Source: Candidatus Omnitrophota bacterium (lineage in GTDB: Bacteria > Omnitrophota > Gorgyraeia > Gygaellales > Profunditerraquicolaceae). Taken from it: a stretch of DNA of 55,176 nt. A model generated the notes under the pieces. The model was not told the origin of the DNA, did no database searches, and saw only the letters and a list, made by a program, of their open reading frames with translations. Below, in pieces: positions 1-9,028 of the stretch (the first letter of the stretch is position 1; the number at the start of each line of letters is the position of its first letter). The DNA is taken from positions 1 through 55,176 of the forward strand of contig JBFZAT010000044.1 in NCBI GenBank assembly GCA_041308845.1, given 5' to 3'. The position numbers were made by a program, and so were the translations under genes.

Positions 1-5
1 GTATC

Positions 6-155
6 ATGAAGCGCGTATTTGCAGGTTTTATAATGTTAGCGATTTTAGCTGTAGCTGTCGCTCCGGCATGGGCAGGCGGGGGTAAGGTGCGTGGCGAAAA
101 AGGACTTGGAGAAGTTAACCGGGAGAATATTGACGCCCAAGGGAATCAAAATTAG
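6..155 (+). CDS. Small secreted peptide (49 aa), not in ORF track
   Basis: Manual translation MKRVFAGFIMLAILAVAVAPAWAGGGKVRGEKGLGEVNRENIDAQGNQN*; Sec signal with A-W-A cleavage site; followed by terminator; RBS lies outside window. Confidence 0.65.
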   Translation: MKRVFAGFIMLAILAVAVAPAWAGGGKVRGEKGLGEVNRENIDAQGNQN

Positions 156-184
156 TTATTAAAGTTAGTCTGGGTTAGAGAATG

Positions 185-233
185 ATGAGAAACCTTTGTC
201 TGCAGTTAGAGTCTGTAGGCAAAGGTTTCTCAT
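185..233 (+). terminator. Rho-independent terminator-like hairpin
   Basis: ATGAGAAACCTTTGTCTGCAG / CTGTAGGCAAAGGTTTCTCAT inverted repeat followed by TTT. Confidence 0.75.
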
Positions 234-377
234 TTTATAGAGGCATTCTGTCGAATGTTTTAATGCCTAAACTGCATTCTTAAGAATACTAATAACTACC
301 CGAGAAATCAATAAAAATTCCAGTGGTATTCCCTGCTTAGAGTATTAATTTTTACATCTTTTGTCATCCGTGCTATA

Positions 378-2054
378 ATGTTTGACAGTATGCAAAAGAT
401 GCGCTTATCGTTAATTGTGGGATTAACGTTTCTGGTTTATAGTCATCTACAGGCAGCTGACTTAAGCGGCCGTTATCGACCTATCCTTCAAGATGGGATT
501 CTTTGGGAAGAAAACTTCACTTATTTGGATGTTGAAGAATCCGGGCTTCACGGATCAGCCTTGTATAGTGATTTTAATTCTCACCTGCATTACCCCGCCC
601 TTGATTCAAAATTAAAATTTTTTATCGCTGAAAAAGCAGAATTTGAGTTGGCTTTCGACCAGTCTTTATCGACCCGGTTTAAACGTTATACTTTTAACGC
701 CGCCGGTGAACTTGCCGTTATTCAGCATTACAAAATAAATTATTTTCGTGATTATTCCTTGGCCATGCGTTTTAGAAATGACCCTTTTGAGATAACTGCA
801 TCTTTTTCGCAAAGAAATCAAAAGACCGCTTGGACAAGCGCGCCTTATCCGGCAGCGGCTAATTATTTTAGCTATATTCGGGCGCACTTCGAAGATTTTA
901 CGCTGGGTCTACGCTATCTTTCTTTTGAGAAGAGTAAAAAAGATTTGTCCGGTCTCAGCGCTTTTACTCAACCGTTACTGGATGCTCAACAGCTTAACAT
1001 CGAAACTCAGCTGGAATACCGTAATGGCCTTATGCGCAGGAATACCCCTTATTATGGAGGGGCCAATCTTGTTTATTTGAATTATTACCACCGCCTAGAG
1101 CCTCATTATACTCCTGGGCTGATTGTGCGTTTCGGGCTAGGCGATAATTTAGAAATCGAATCGGGCCTGGCCTATACCTGGCCATTTGATTACAATTTTA
1201 ATTTTAGGCAGCAAACTGTAACTGGAATTTCCCAGCTCTATGGTGAATATAAAATAGACAATAATTTCCAGTTCCCCCTACGTCTGCGCTACAGGCCTTC
1301 CAAAAGCGGGGAAGTCTGCGTATTTTCCAATTTTAAATTTATTAACCAAGAGCTTGCTTACCGGAAAGTAGATACGGCAGGGGGAATTACCGAGTATGAA
1401 CCGCAGGGGTTGACATATATCAATGCCACTCCGGGTATAAGCCTTGCTTATTTGTATGATAACAATAAGCCCATAGAAGATGACCGGTTATCCCGGGCAA
1501 CAAAAAAACTGTTAAGTCAGGGGCAATTTTTCGCAGAAGCTATCTATTACCGTGACCTGACATATTTGGATAGAAACAACAATGAACTTAAGCAAAATAT
1601 AATTGATCCTTATAATGTGTTTATTTACCCACTTGATTATTTTGTGGCTGGCACCGAATATGGGGCCTACTTTACTGGTAACTCTTCGGCCCAGGCGGCC
1701 GGAGTTTCTCCGCAGAATTTTAATTTTTACCAAATCAGTCTTAACTATGGAACAACCGATAAGTTGAATCTGAGAGGAAAGATTGGTTATCGCTCAGCCA
1801 GCCGGCTGGAGCATTTCGTACTGGGGGATCCTGCTTCATCGTTTTACTTGAGGAACAGAGCTTATAAATTTCAGCCTTTTTATTTTTTTGGCTTAGGGAT
1901 GGACGCCCGCCTGACAGAGAACAGCGTTTTTTCTCTGGGTGGGTATTTTGTCCCCCGCTATACTACTTTACTACAGATAGAAGGCCAGCCCAAAGAATTT
2001 AAATCGCAAGACAAATATTATTCCATCCAGGCAAGCCTGAAAATCCTTTTTTAA
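378..2054 (+). CDS. Hypothetical outer-membrane beta-barrel protein
   Basis: Signal peptide, Tyr/Phe-rich alternating beta-strand pattern, C-terminal ...ASLKILF. Confidence 0.6.
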   Translation: MFDSMQKMRLSLIVGLTFLVYSHLQAADLSGRYRPILQDGILWEENFTYLDVEESGLHGSALYSDFNSHLHYPALDSKLKFFIAEKAEFELAFDQSLSTRFKRYTFNAAGELAVIQHYKINYFRDYSLAMRFRNDPFEITASFSQRNQKTAWTSAPYPAAANYFSYIRAHFEDFTLGLRYLSFEKSKKDLSGLSAFTQPLLDAQQLNIETQLEYRNGLMRRNTPYYGGANLVYLNYYHRLEPHYTPGLIVRFGLGDNLEIESGLAYTWPFDYNFNFRQQTVTGISQLYGEYKIDNNFQFPLRLRYRPSKSGEVCVFSNFKFINQELAYRKVDTAGGITEYEPQGLTYINATPGISLAYLYDNNKPIEDDRLSRATKKLLSQGQFFAEAIYYRDLTYLDRNNNELKQNIIDPYNVFIYPLDYFVAGTEYGAYFTGNSSAQAAGVSPQNFNFYQISLNYGTTDKLNLRGKIGYRSASRLEHFVLGDPASSFYLRNRAYKFQPFYFFGLGMDARLTENSVFSLGGYFVPRYTTLLQIEGQPKEFKSQDKYYSIQASLKILF

Positions 2055-2119
2055 AAATAAAGAATATTTAAAGAAGCATGTTAATAGTAAATTTATTTTA
2101 ACTGATGGTTATCTTTTGG

Positions 2120-2686
2120 TTAAAAAGGAGGATAGTCAGGCGGAATAGGAGGCGGTTCGGGTGTCGGTTCCGGTTCCGGTGTCGGTTCTGGTATCGGAGT
2201 TGGCTCTGGAGCGGGTTCCGGAATAGGCTCAGGTGTCGGTTCCGGTACCGGATCAGGCTCAGGCTCGATCGGACGGATTACTCTCCCGTTATTCCCATAT
2301 AATGCTTTGCGGGCAGGATCTTTATCTTGGCCATATGGGGCAAGCATAATGACTTTGGCCATATTTCCTTGGCCGCGGATGTCTTTAGGGTTATAAGCCC
2401 AACGGGAGTGTTCAGTTTTATTCAGTGAATTTTCTATTCTGTATAGTGCCTGTTGTTTCTCCCTTTCGTTTTGAACTTCCCGTTCAGTAAAGGTTTGTTT
2501 TCCAAGATGCCGCATATTCATTATAGAGTTTCTTTCTGGCTTATGTGAAATTTTCGGTTGTGATTGCATTTCTTCTTTTTTAGATTGCCCCTTGTTATCG
2601 GTATCTTTGGCTTCGGCGGCCAGATAGGTTCCGGATATAATCAAAGGGAGCATAAGTAAAATTAAGCATGTTTTTGATAATTTCAT
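2120..2686 (-). CDS. Secreted protein with C-terminal Pro/Glu/Thr repeat tail
   Basis: N-terminal signal peptide; C-terminus EPEPDPVPEPTPEPIPEPAPEPTPIPEPTPEPEPTPEPPPIPP; downstream of a c-di-GMP riboswitch. Confidence 0.8.
   Translation of the reverse strand: MKLSKTCLILLMLPLIISGTYLAAEAKDTDNKGQSKKEEMQSQPKISHKPERNSIMNMRHLGKQTFTEREVQNEREKQQALYRIENSLNKTEHSRWAYNPKDIRGQGNMAKVIMLAPYGQDKDPARKALYGNNGRVIRPIEPEPDPVPEPTPEPIPEPAPEPTPIPEPTPEPEPTPEPPPIPPDYPPF
2135..2268 (-). repeat. Low-complexity coding repeat (PEPT/PEPE units)
   Basis: Degenerate GGTTCCGGTGTC-type units on + strand encoding the Pro-Glu-Pro-Thr tail. Confidence 0.8.
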
Positions 2687-2698
2687 CGCCGTATCTCC

Positions 2699-2732
2699 AA
2701 AAAAAACCTACTTCTTCTAAGAAGTAGGTTTT
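2699..2732 (-). terminator. Intrinsic terminator, expression platform of c-di-GMP riboswitch
   Basis: Minus strand AAAACCTACTTCTT-AG-AAGAAGTAGGTTTTTTTT, between aptamer and the start codon at 2686. Confidence 0.8.
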
Positions 2733-2773
2733 AAAAGACGCATTTACCGTCCAGGTGGATCATTGCTGGAAGT

Positions 2774-2856
2774 TCTTCGGAAGCCAGGCTATCCTATTTA
2801 TAGGACCCTATAGCTTTGCGTCCCCTTCTTACGAAGAGTTTGCCTTTATCGAAACC
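2774..2856 (-). ncRNA. c-di-GMP-I (GEMM) riboswitch aptamer
   Basis: Minus strand reads ...GATAAAGGCAAACTCTTCGTAAGAAGGGGACGCAAAGCTATAGGGTCCTATAAATAGGATAGCCTGGCTTCCGAA; has GGCAAAC, GACGCAAAGC and P2/P3 of RF01051; G at the G20-equivalent position. Confidence 0.9.
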
Positions 2857-3050
2857 CCTTTGTTCCTATTTAATTATAACATATAATCCGGCAGAAAACC
2901 ATGTTTATTAGCATAAGTGGTTGTCCTATAACATGCTGGAAGATATAAAGTTATAAGATTTATTTGGTTAGCTCCGAACGGTTAAGCCTCTAATAGCATA
3001 AGTAGTTCATTTTACTTGACTTTGGTATAGTATGGAGTAAGATTAACTTA

Positions 3051-3608
3051 ATGAAAAAAATAGCCTTTATTTTTTTCTGTATCCTCTTGATGCGTGTTTC
3101 TGCTTTTGCCGCCTCTGCTGAAGATGTCAGGGGGATAGAGGAGGAAAAAAGAAAAAGCTTAGTTCCTACTGAAGCCCAGCAATATCCTGCTGCAGCAATC
3201 TATGAGCCAAAACTAGATAGAGAGAATTACGCCTTTCTTTCTGGGCTCTATAATAAAAAAGTGAGTAGCATTGGCGATGCTTGCCGGTCTATCAGTATAG
3301 TTTTGGGTACTGAAGAGCAGTTTGTGCAAGAAAATTTTTTGCCTTCCTATATAATAATAAAAGAAAAATCCGATTATCAAAATCCGTTACGTAAAGGTCA
3401 AGTTGCTTATATGCTGTGTAAAGCGCTTAATATAAAAGGCGGGTTGTGGCTGCGGTTATTGGGTTTAAAGCAGCGTTATGCACTAAGAGAATTAGTGTAT
3501 GAAGGGATTATGTTTCCGGGGAATATACATGATTTTATGAGCGGCAGGGAATTAATGATTACTTTAACTCAAACAGCCGATTATCTGACCGGTACTGATG
3601 ATAAATAA
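3051..3608 (+). CDS. Secreted hypothetical protein with SLH-like segment
   Basis: Signal peptide; LRKGQVAYMLCKALNI resembles S-layer-homology motif; overlaps next gene. Confidence 0.55.
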   Translation: MKKIAFIFFCILLMRVSAFAASAEDVRGIEEEKRKSLVPTEAQQYPAAAIYEPKLDRENYAFLSGLYNKKVSSIGDACRSISIVLGTEEQFVQENFLPSYIIIKEKSDYQNPLRKGQVAYMLCKALNIKGGLWLRLLGLKQRYALRELVYEGIMFPGNIHDFMSGRELMITLTQTADYLTGTDDK

Positions 3609-5001
3609 TTATTCTATGCCTAGGGGAATGTTGTGCAGTGTCTGCATTTTATTGTTTTTTGGTTTTTTGAGTTTAGTTTTTGCTGATGAAACCTCCCGGC
3701 GTATTCAAGAGGAGGCTAGGGAGAAGCTGCTATCTACAGAAACTTCGAATACTCTGAGCCAATACCCTTGGGGTTTTGATTACGGCGGGTGGGTTAATTT
3801 TCTTTTTATTGATTATAAGGATGACGATAATAATGCTGCGCTTGCCGATACCATTGATTACGTTACATATTGGGATCTGCGGCCATGGATTAAGGTAACT
3901 TTTACTGAAAGCGACCAGCGGCAACATACTTTGTATGCGCGGATAAAGAATTTACACTCATCTTCCAGGCCTAAAGAGACAGCCGAAGGTAGGGACCATG
4001 ACGGGCCGCATTTGGATTATGGGTATTTTTCTTTGGATTTTACCCCGCTTAAGATAAGGGCAGGCAGGCAATATTTTACTATCGGGCAGGGCCTTGCCTA
4101 TAGCGATGTTAATGACGGCTTGGAAGCAATATTATTTTTGCCGCAAGCCAAGATAAAAGGATTTTTTGCCCGTACCCTTGCGCATCAGGAAAATATTGAT
4201 ACATCTGTTCCCGGATACGATAAGTCAAGCGAGCGCAACTTCTATGGCTTAGAGTATAACTATACCGGGATCGCCAGCCATAATTTCTATAGTTTTATAG
4301 TTGTGCAACAGGATTTAAGCAAGGAACGACCGCAGGATGCCGAACATGATTACGCTTACGATTCCCAATATATAGGAATCGGGGCCAGGGGGAGTTTTCC
4401 TTTTCGAGTTTCATACTGGCTAGAGGGGATTAAAGAGAGCGGAAATAGTTTTATCTATGAAGGTAACAGCAAACAAGATATTGATGCCTGGGCAGGAGTT
4501 TTTGCCCTCTCTTATGACCCGGATATCTATGGCCATCCTTCGGTTTTTTTCAAATACGCTTATGGCTCCGGAGATAAAGATAGAGCCAGCGTGACGGATA
4601 CTTTCGGCGGAAATGCTTCAGGCAAAGACCGGAATTTTCTTTATTTCGGCTATATCCCGGCCGGGTATGCTTTAGCTCCGCGGTTGTCTAATTTGTATTT
4701 TTTTAAAACCGGATTTACTGTCAAGCCGTTAGAAAAAATCAGATTTTTTAAGCGCTGTTCATTCGGAGTGGATTATTACCGGTACTATAAAGCTAAAAAA
4801 AGCGGGAGTGTGTACGATAGCCAAGCGGTCAATGCGTATCGGGATATCGGAGATGAAGTTGATGTTACGATTGATTGGGATATTTTTTCCGACTTTAATT
4901 TTACCCTCCGTTACGGTTATTTTCTACCCGGCAAAGCCTATTCTACTTCGGCTAATGATAAGGAAAGCTATTTTTCGGTCAGTACAAGTATTTTCTTTTA
5001 G
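3598..5001 (+). CDS. Alginate export (AlgE-like) family outer-membrane porin
   Basis: Signal peptide; LDYGYF..., IRAGRQYFTIGQGL, YAYGSGD, IGDEVD, C-terminal Phe typical of Alginate_exp barrels. Confidence 0.7.
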   Translation: MINNYSMPRGMLCSVCILLFFGFLSLVFADETSRRIQEEAREKLLSTETSNTLSQYPWGFDYGGWVNFLFIDYKDDDNNAALADTIDYVTYWDLRPWIKVTFTESDQRQHTLYARIKNLHSSSRPKETAEGRDHDGPHLDYGYFSLDFTPLKIRAGRQYFTIGQGLAYSDVNDGLEAILFLPQAKIKGFFARTLAHQENIDTSVPGYDKSSERNFYGLEYNYTGIASHNFYSFIVVQQDLSKERPQDAEHDYAYDSQYIGIGARGSFPFRVSYWLEGIKESGNSFIYEGNSKQDIDAWAGVFALSYDPDIYGHPSVFFKYAYGSGDKDRASVTDTFGGNASGKDRNFLYFGYIPAGYALAPRLSNLYFFKTGFTVKPLEKIRFFKRCSFGVDYYRYYKAKKSGSVYDSQAVNAYRDIGDEVDVTIDWDIFSDFNFTLRYGYFLPGKAYSTSANDKESYFSVSTSIFF

Positions 5002-5156
5002 AATATTCTTGATATATTTTCTTGATATATTGAGGTGTTGTATTTATAATTAGATGGATAATAGAGAGAAGTCTTTTCGGTGGACATCTGAACTAGGTAA
5101 CAATTCTGCCAGTTTTTAAGAATGGAATTTTAACTATAGAATAGAGGAGGTGGATT

Positions 5157-5543
5157 ATGTTTAAAAGTTGCATGGTTTTTATAAATACTATTGTTATATT
5201 AAGTGCAGTTTCTATTGTTCTGGCGCAAGATACATCTTGGGGAACGACTTTTAAATCTGCGGTGCAGAAAGCCGCAGAGGGAGCAGTCCAAAAGATAACC
5301 CCGGAAGCTCAACAGACCGTTGATCAGGCTAAGAATCTGGAAACTTCCGCTAAGCAGGAGAATTTTATTATTGCCAAGGCTAAAGAATATCTGGCCGCGG
5401 GTAATTATCAGACCGCTTTGGATTTAGCTAATTACGTTAAGACATTATTTAATTCAAAATCTTTAGATGTAAATACAATCATCGCTGACGCCCAGGCTGG
5501 GCTAATCAAGATGGTGCAGGAAAAAGCTGTAGTTGCTAATTAG
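5157..5543 (+). CDS. Secreted hypothetical protein
   Basis: GGAGG RBS, signal peptide (VLA-Q), helical Ala/Lys-rich body. Confidence 0.7.
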   Translation: MFKSCMVFINTIVILSAVSIVLAQDTSWGTTFKSAVQKAAEGAVQKITPEAQQTVDQAKNLETSAKQENFIIAKAKEYLAAGNYQTALDLANYVKTLFNSKSLDVNTIIADAQAGLIKMVQEKAVVAN

Positions 5544-5571
5544 TCTTTGGCCGCAGCAATCTTGTTTTAAC

Positions 5572-6300
5572 ATGAAAACAAAAATTACTTTATTAGCTTT
5601 TTTTGTTCTAACATCTGTCATTTCTTATCCGCTAGCGGTGGCTTCAGCTCAAGCTAATCCGGAAAGGAGCCAACTGATGAACCAAGCTAAAGCAGAACCT
5701 TTTGTATTGCCGGCGCTTCCTTATAAAGAAAATGCTTTGGAACCGGTTATTTCTGAAAGAACTTTAAGTTTTCATTACGGTAAACATCATCGCGGGTATT
5801 TGAATAAATTAAACGAACTTGTTGAGGGCACTGAATTGGCTGAGGTTGGGATTGAAGAGTTGATCGAAAAAACGGCTAATAAAGCTGATCAAGCCGCCAT
5901 CTTTAATAATGCTGCCCAGGTCTGGAACCATACTTTCTATTGGAATAGCTTAAGGCCGGCAGGAGGTGGTCAGCCAGCTGGAAGCATAGCTAAGCGGATC
6001 GTTGCTGATTTCGGCAGCTTTGAAAATTTTGTAAAACAATTCTCTGAAATGGGTGCGGCCCAGTTTGGCAGTGGTTGGGTTTGGCTGGTAGAAGAAGATG
6101 GGGTGCTGAAGATAATTAGAACCAGCAATGCTGAAAATCCGATTTCTCAAAAAAAAGGCAGGGCGATTTTGGTGCTGGATGTATGGGAGCATGCTTATTA
6201 TTTAGATTATCAGAATAGAAGATTAGATTATTTAAAGGTAATAATCGATAAGTTGATTAATTGGGAATTTGCTGAGGAAAATTTAAATCGCAATAAATAA
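5572..6300 (+). CDS. sodB: Fe-type superoxide dismutase with N-terminal signal peptide
   Basis: LPALPY, HYGKHH, FNNAAQVWNHTFYW, FGSGW, DVWEHAYY; start moved to ATG 5572 (MKTKITLLAFF...). Confidence 0.93.
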   Translation: MKTKITLLAFFVLTSVISYPLAVASAQANPERSQLMNQAKAEPFVLPALPYKENALEPVISERTLSFHYGKHHRGYLNKLNELVEGTELAEVGIEELIEKTANKADQAAIFNNAAQVWNHTFYWNSLRPAGGGQPAGSIAKRIVADFGSFENFVKQFSEMGAAQFGSGWVWLVEEDGVLKIIRTSNAENPISQKKGRAILVLDVWEHAYYLDYQNRRLDYLKVIIDKLINWEFAEENLNRNK

Positions 6301-6313
6301 ATTCACTCAGTTT

Positions 6314-6346
6314 GGCTATGATTGCTGAGTCAGTCGTAGCCTTTTT
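6314..6346 (+). terminator. Intrinsic terminator after sodB
   Basis: GGCTATGATTG / CAGTCGTAGCC stem then TTTTT. Confidence 0.75.
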
Positions 6347-6429
6347 ATTCTTTATTGGTTCTAAAACAGGTCTAATATACTCAAAATATCTTTATTGTAT
6401 AAAATTAGCATAATATATTCTTAGCCTTA

Positions 6430-7332
6430 ATGTTAAGATTAGGATTGTGTTGTAAATTTTATAAAGAACCTATTCGTTTCCGTACTTCGACTGCCAGGTA
6501 TCTGAAGGGTTTTAGCCGTTTGGTGCAGAAAGAAAAGATCTCCGGACTATGTTTAGCTAACGCTGAGGCTCTGCTGCAGGCCATTGAGTATTGTGGCCGG
6601 AATAATATCGGCTGTTTTCGGGTCAACAGCCAAATTTTACCTTTAAAGACTCATCCGGATATCGGATACCAGATAACTGATCTAGCTGCCTGTCAGCAAA
6701 TTAAGCAGGTATTTTCTAGGTGTAAAGAAGCAGCGTTCAAGCTAAATGTGCGGTTAACTTTTCATCCTGATCAATTTATACTTTTAAGTTCTGCCGGTAC
6801 TGATATTGTACAAAATTCAATAGCCGAGCTTGATTATCAAGCCCAGGTAAGTGAATTGATTGGCGCGGATGTAATTAATATTCATGGCGGAGGCGCCTAT
6901 GGTGATAAAATAACTGCTTTGAAGCGCCTGGGGAAGAACTTTTCAAAATTAAATCAGCGGATCCGGGCCCGGCTTACTCTTGAGAATGATGATCGGGTGT
7001 ATACCCCAGCTGACTTATTACCGTTTTGTAAAGAATACGGCATTCCTTTAGTTTATGATCTGCATCATCACCGGTGTTTACCTGATAGTTTGAGTGTTGC
7101 CCAGGCCAGCCGGCAGGCTTTAAAAACCTGGAATCGAGAGCCGTTATTCCATCTTTCCAGCCCCAAGTGTGGTTGGGGTCAAGCCCATCCCGGTTGGCAT
7201 CATGATTATATTGATTTTAATGATTTTCCCGTGGAATGGAGAAAGTTGACGATTACCGTTGAAGTAGAGGCCAAGGCTAAAGAGTTAGCCGTAAAAAAGC
7301 TTTATAAAGATTTACATAAAAATATCAAGTAA
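6430..7332 (+). CDS. uvsE: UV DNA damage endonuclease (UvsE/UvdE)
   Basis: RLGLCC, FRVNSQILP, HPDQF, HGGG, LENDD, DLHHH, HHDYI, VEAKAKE. Confidence 0.92.
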   Translation: MLRLGLCCKFYKEPIRFRTSTARYLKGFSRLVQKEKISGLCLANAEALLQAIEYCGRNNIGCFRVNSQILPLKTHPDIGYQITDLAACQQIKQVFSRCKEAAFKLNVRLTFHPDQFILLSSAGTDIVQNSIAELDYQAQVSELIGADVINIHGGGAYGDKITALKRLGKNFSKLNQRIRARLTLENDDRVYTPADLLPFCKEYGIPLVYDLHHHRCLPDSLSVAQASRQALKTWNREPLFHLSSPKCGWGQAHPGWHHDYIDFNDFPVEWRKLTITVEVEAKAKELAVKKLYKDLHKNIK

Positions 7333-7390
7333 GCTGTTTGCGGTTTTATCCGAATTTTGGCAGGCTAGAAGTAAATATAAGGAGGTTGCG

Positions 7391-7954
7391 ATGAAACTAA
7401 CTATTTTAAAAGTATCTTTATTTTTATTCTGTTTGTTTATTCCCGGCTCGATTTGCTCGGAAACTGCCGGGCAAAATCAGCAGAAGGTATTGGTAGTTTA
7501 TTATTCCCGGACCGGCCACACTCAGCTAGTTGCTGAAAAGCTGGCTAAAAAACATAATGCGGACCTCGAGCGGCTAGTTGATCAGAAAAAAAGGACTGGG
7601 CCGGCGGGATTTACCGCCGCAGGCAAAGACGCAGTTACTAAAAAAGTTACGGTTCTTGGCCGGCTTAAACATAATCCTAAAGATTATGATATGATATTGA
7701 TCGGAGGGCCTTCTTGGTTTGGTAATGTTACTCCCGCGGTCCGAACATTTATTATGCAGAATGATTTAACCGGCAAGAAAATCGGTTTATTTGGGCTTTG
7801 TCATCTTACTGGCGTAGAAGAAGCAATCCGGCAGGCGGAGGATTTGATAGCTGAAGGCATTGTTAATAAAATACCTACTCTGCCGTTACGCGAACGTGAG
7901 CTTGCTCCGGAAATTCTGGATCAGAAAATAGATGCTTTCTCCGCCCTATTCTAG
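7391..7954 (+). CDS. Flavodoxin-like protein with signal peptide
   Basis: VYYSRTGHT FMN loop, YDMILIGGPSW, GKKIGLF; hydrophobic N-terminal leader. Confidence 0.8.
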   Translation: MKLTILKVSLFLFCLFIPGSICSETAGQNQQKVLVVYYSRTGHTQLVAEKLAKKHNADLERLVDQKKRTGPAGFTAAGKDAVTKKVTVLGRLKHNPKDYDMILIGGPSWFGNVTPAVRTFIMQNDLTGKKIGLFGLCHLTGVEEAIRQAEDLIAEGIVNKIPTLPLRERELAPEILDQKIDAFSALF

Positions 7955-7960
7955 ACTAGT

Positions 7961-8008
7961 AAGACGTTTTACATAACAGATTGCAAGATTTAGCTATATG
8001 AAAGAAAT
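7961..8008 (+). repeat. Bipartite dif-like motif, copy 1 (forward)
   Basis: AAGACGTTTTACATAAC-N18-ATATGAAAGAAAT, 7 bp after flavodoxin stop. Confidence 0.8.
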
Positions 8009-8029
8009 ACTAATAGTGCATTTATAAAT

Positions 8030-8077
8030 AATTGTTTCGTAATTTTCCTTATTTGAGATAGTTAGGTAAAACGTCTT
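8030..8077 (-). repeat. Bipartite dif-like motif, copy 2 (reverse)
   Basis: Reverse complement AAGACGTTTTACCTAAC-N18-TTACGAAACAATT, 13 bp before ATG 8091. Confidence 0.85.
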
Positions 8078-8090
8078 GTATTTTTAAAAC

Positions 8091-9014
8091 ATGAGTGATG
8101 ATAAAGATATTGTAATGGCAATTGGAGGTTTTTTCTTCGGGATATGGTCTTTTTTCGATGGTTTTAAGCGTTTACGCAAGAAAAGATTGATCCAGAATAT
8201 TCCCACCTCGACAATTAGGGGTATGGCAATTGGTTTGGTTGAGTTAACTGGAAAAGTCGATAGCGATATTGTTTTTCGTAGTCCACTTACTGATAATGAG
8301 TGCGTATTATATAAATATTTAATTGAAGTATATCGTAGTAGCGGTAGATCCGGAGAGTGGGTTAAACTTGCGGCAGGAGATAGTTTTTATTCGCCTTTTT
8401 CTCTTAATGATGGAACAGGCAAAGTTATGGTCTTTCCGCAAGGGGCGGAATTAATTATTCCCTTAGACTATCAGTTTAAAACTGGATACGGCAAGACGAT
8501 GCCTGAGAATCTAATACATTTTATGAAACAACATGGAATATCTTATAAGGATTGGTTGGGCCAACGCAGATTACGTTTTCAGGAGTGGTTTATCCGGCCA
8601 CAGGAAACAGTTTACATTTTAGGTTCAGCGATTAAAAAAGACATTCCTCAAGTTCTTCCTAAGGATGAGTTGATGCGCCGGATTGATGAATTAAAATCAA
8701 ACCCCGGGCAAATGTTGGAGATAGATTTAAATAAAGACGGCAAGGTCAGTCTGGAAGAATGGGATCTGGCTGTGAATAGGCTGGAGCAGGGTTTACTTAA
8801 TAAGGTATGGGAAAATAATCAGGTGGATAATAGTGTTGATGTTATAATTGGCAAGGGAGAAGTGGAAAAGGTTTTTATGATTTCTGATCATAGCGAAAAG
8901 GAATTAGTTGGGTCATTAAGCAGAAGGTGTTTTTGGGGTATTTACGGAGGACCGGCGCTTAGTTTGGCGGCATTGGTTTATTTATTATTTAGATTAAATA
9001 TTTTAAGATTTTAA
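8091..9014 (+). CDS. GIDE-domain membrane protein with EF-hand-like loop
   Basis: N- and C-terminal TMs; IQNIPTSTIRGMAIGLVELTG, FSLNDGTGKV; DLNKDGKVSLEE loop; adjacent to LemA. Confidence 0.7.
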   Translation: MSDDKDIVMAIGGFFFGIWSFFDGFKRLRKKRLIQNIPTSTIRGMAIGLVELTGKVDSDIVFRSPLTDNECVLYKYLIEVYRSSGRSGEWVKLAAGDSFYSPFSLNDGTGKVMVFPQGAELIIPLDYQFKTGYGKTMPENLIHFMKQHGISYKDWLGQRRLRFQEWFIRPQETVYILGSAIKKDIPQVLPKDELMRRIDELKSNPGQMLEIDLNKDGKVSLEEWDLAVNRLEQGLLNKVWENNQVDNSVDVIIGKGEVEKVFMISDHSEKELVGSLSRRCFWGIYGGPALSLAALVYLLFRLNILRF

Positions 9015-9028
9015 ATGAAAGGAGGCAG

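Noticed and set aside
2105-2302. Arg-rich + strand ORF (65 aa)
   Set aside because: Shadow of the PEPT repeat on the opposite strand; no RBS.
2733-2750. AAGACGCATTTACC as a ninth motif copy
   Set aside because: No right arm or box2 at the fixed distance; lies inside the riboswitch platform.
5006-5031. 13-bp direct repeat TTCTTGATATATT x2
   Set aside because: AT-rich, single occurrence; may be an operator but cannot be supported.
7961-8077. Classical integron attC / CALIN call
   Set aside because: The R''/R'-like heptamers occur in only this pair, the inverted repeat extends outside them, half-sites occur alone, and no integrase is present.
8091-9014. E3 ubiquitin ligase call
   Set aside because: Only the GIDE-like region is present; no RING finger.
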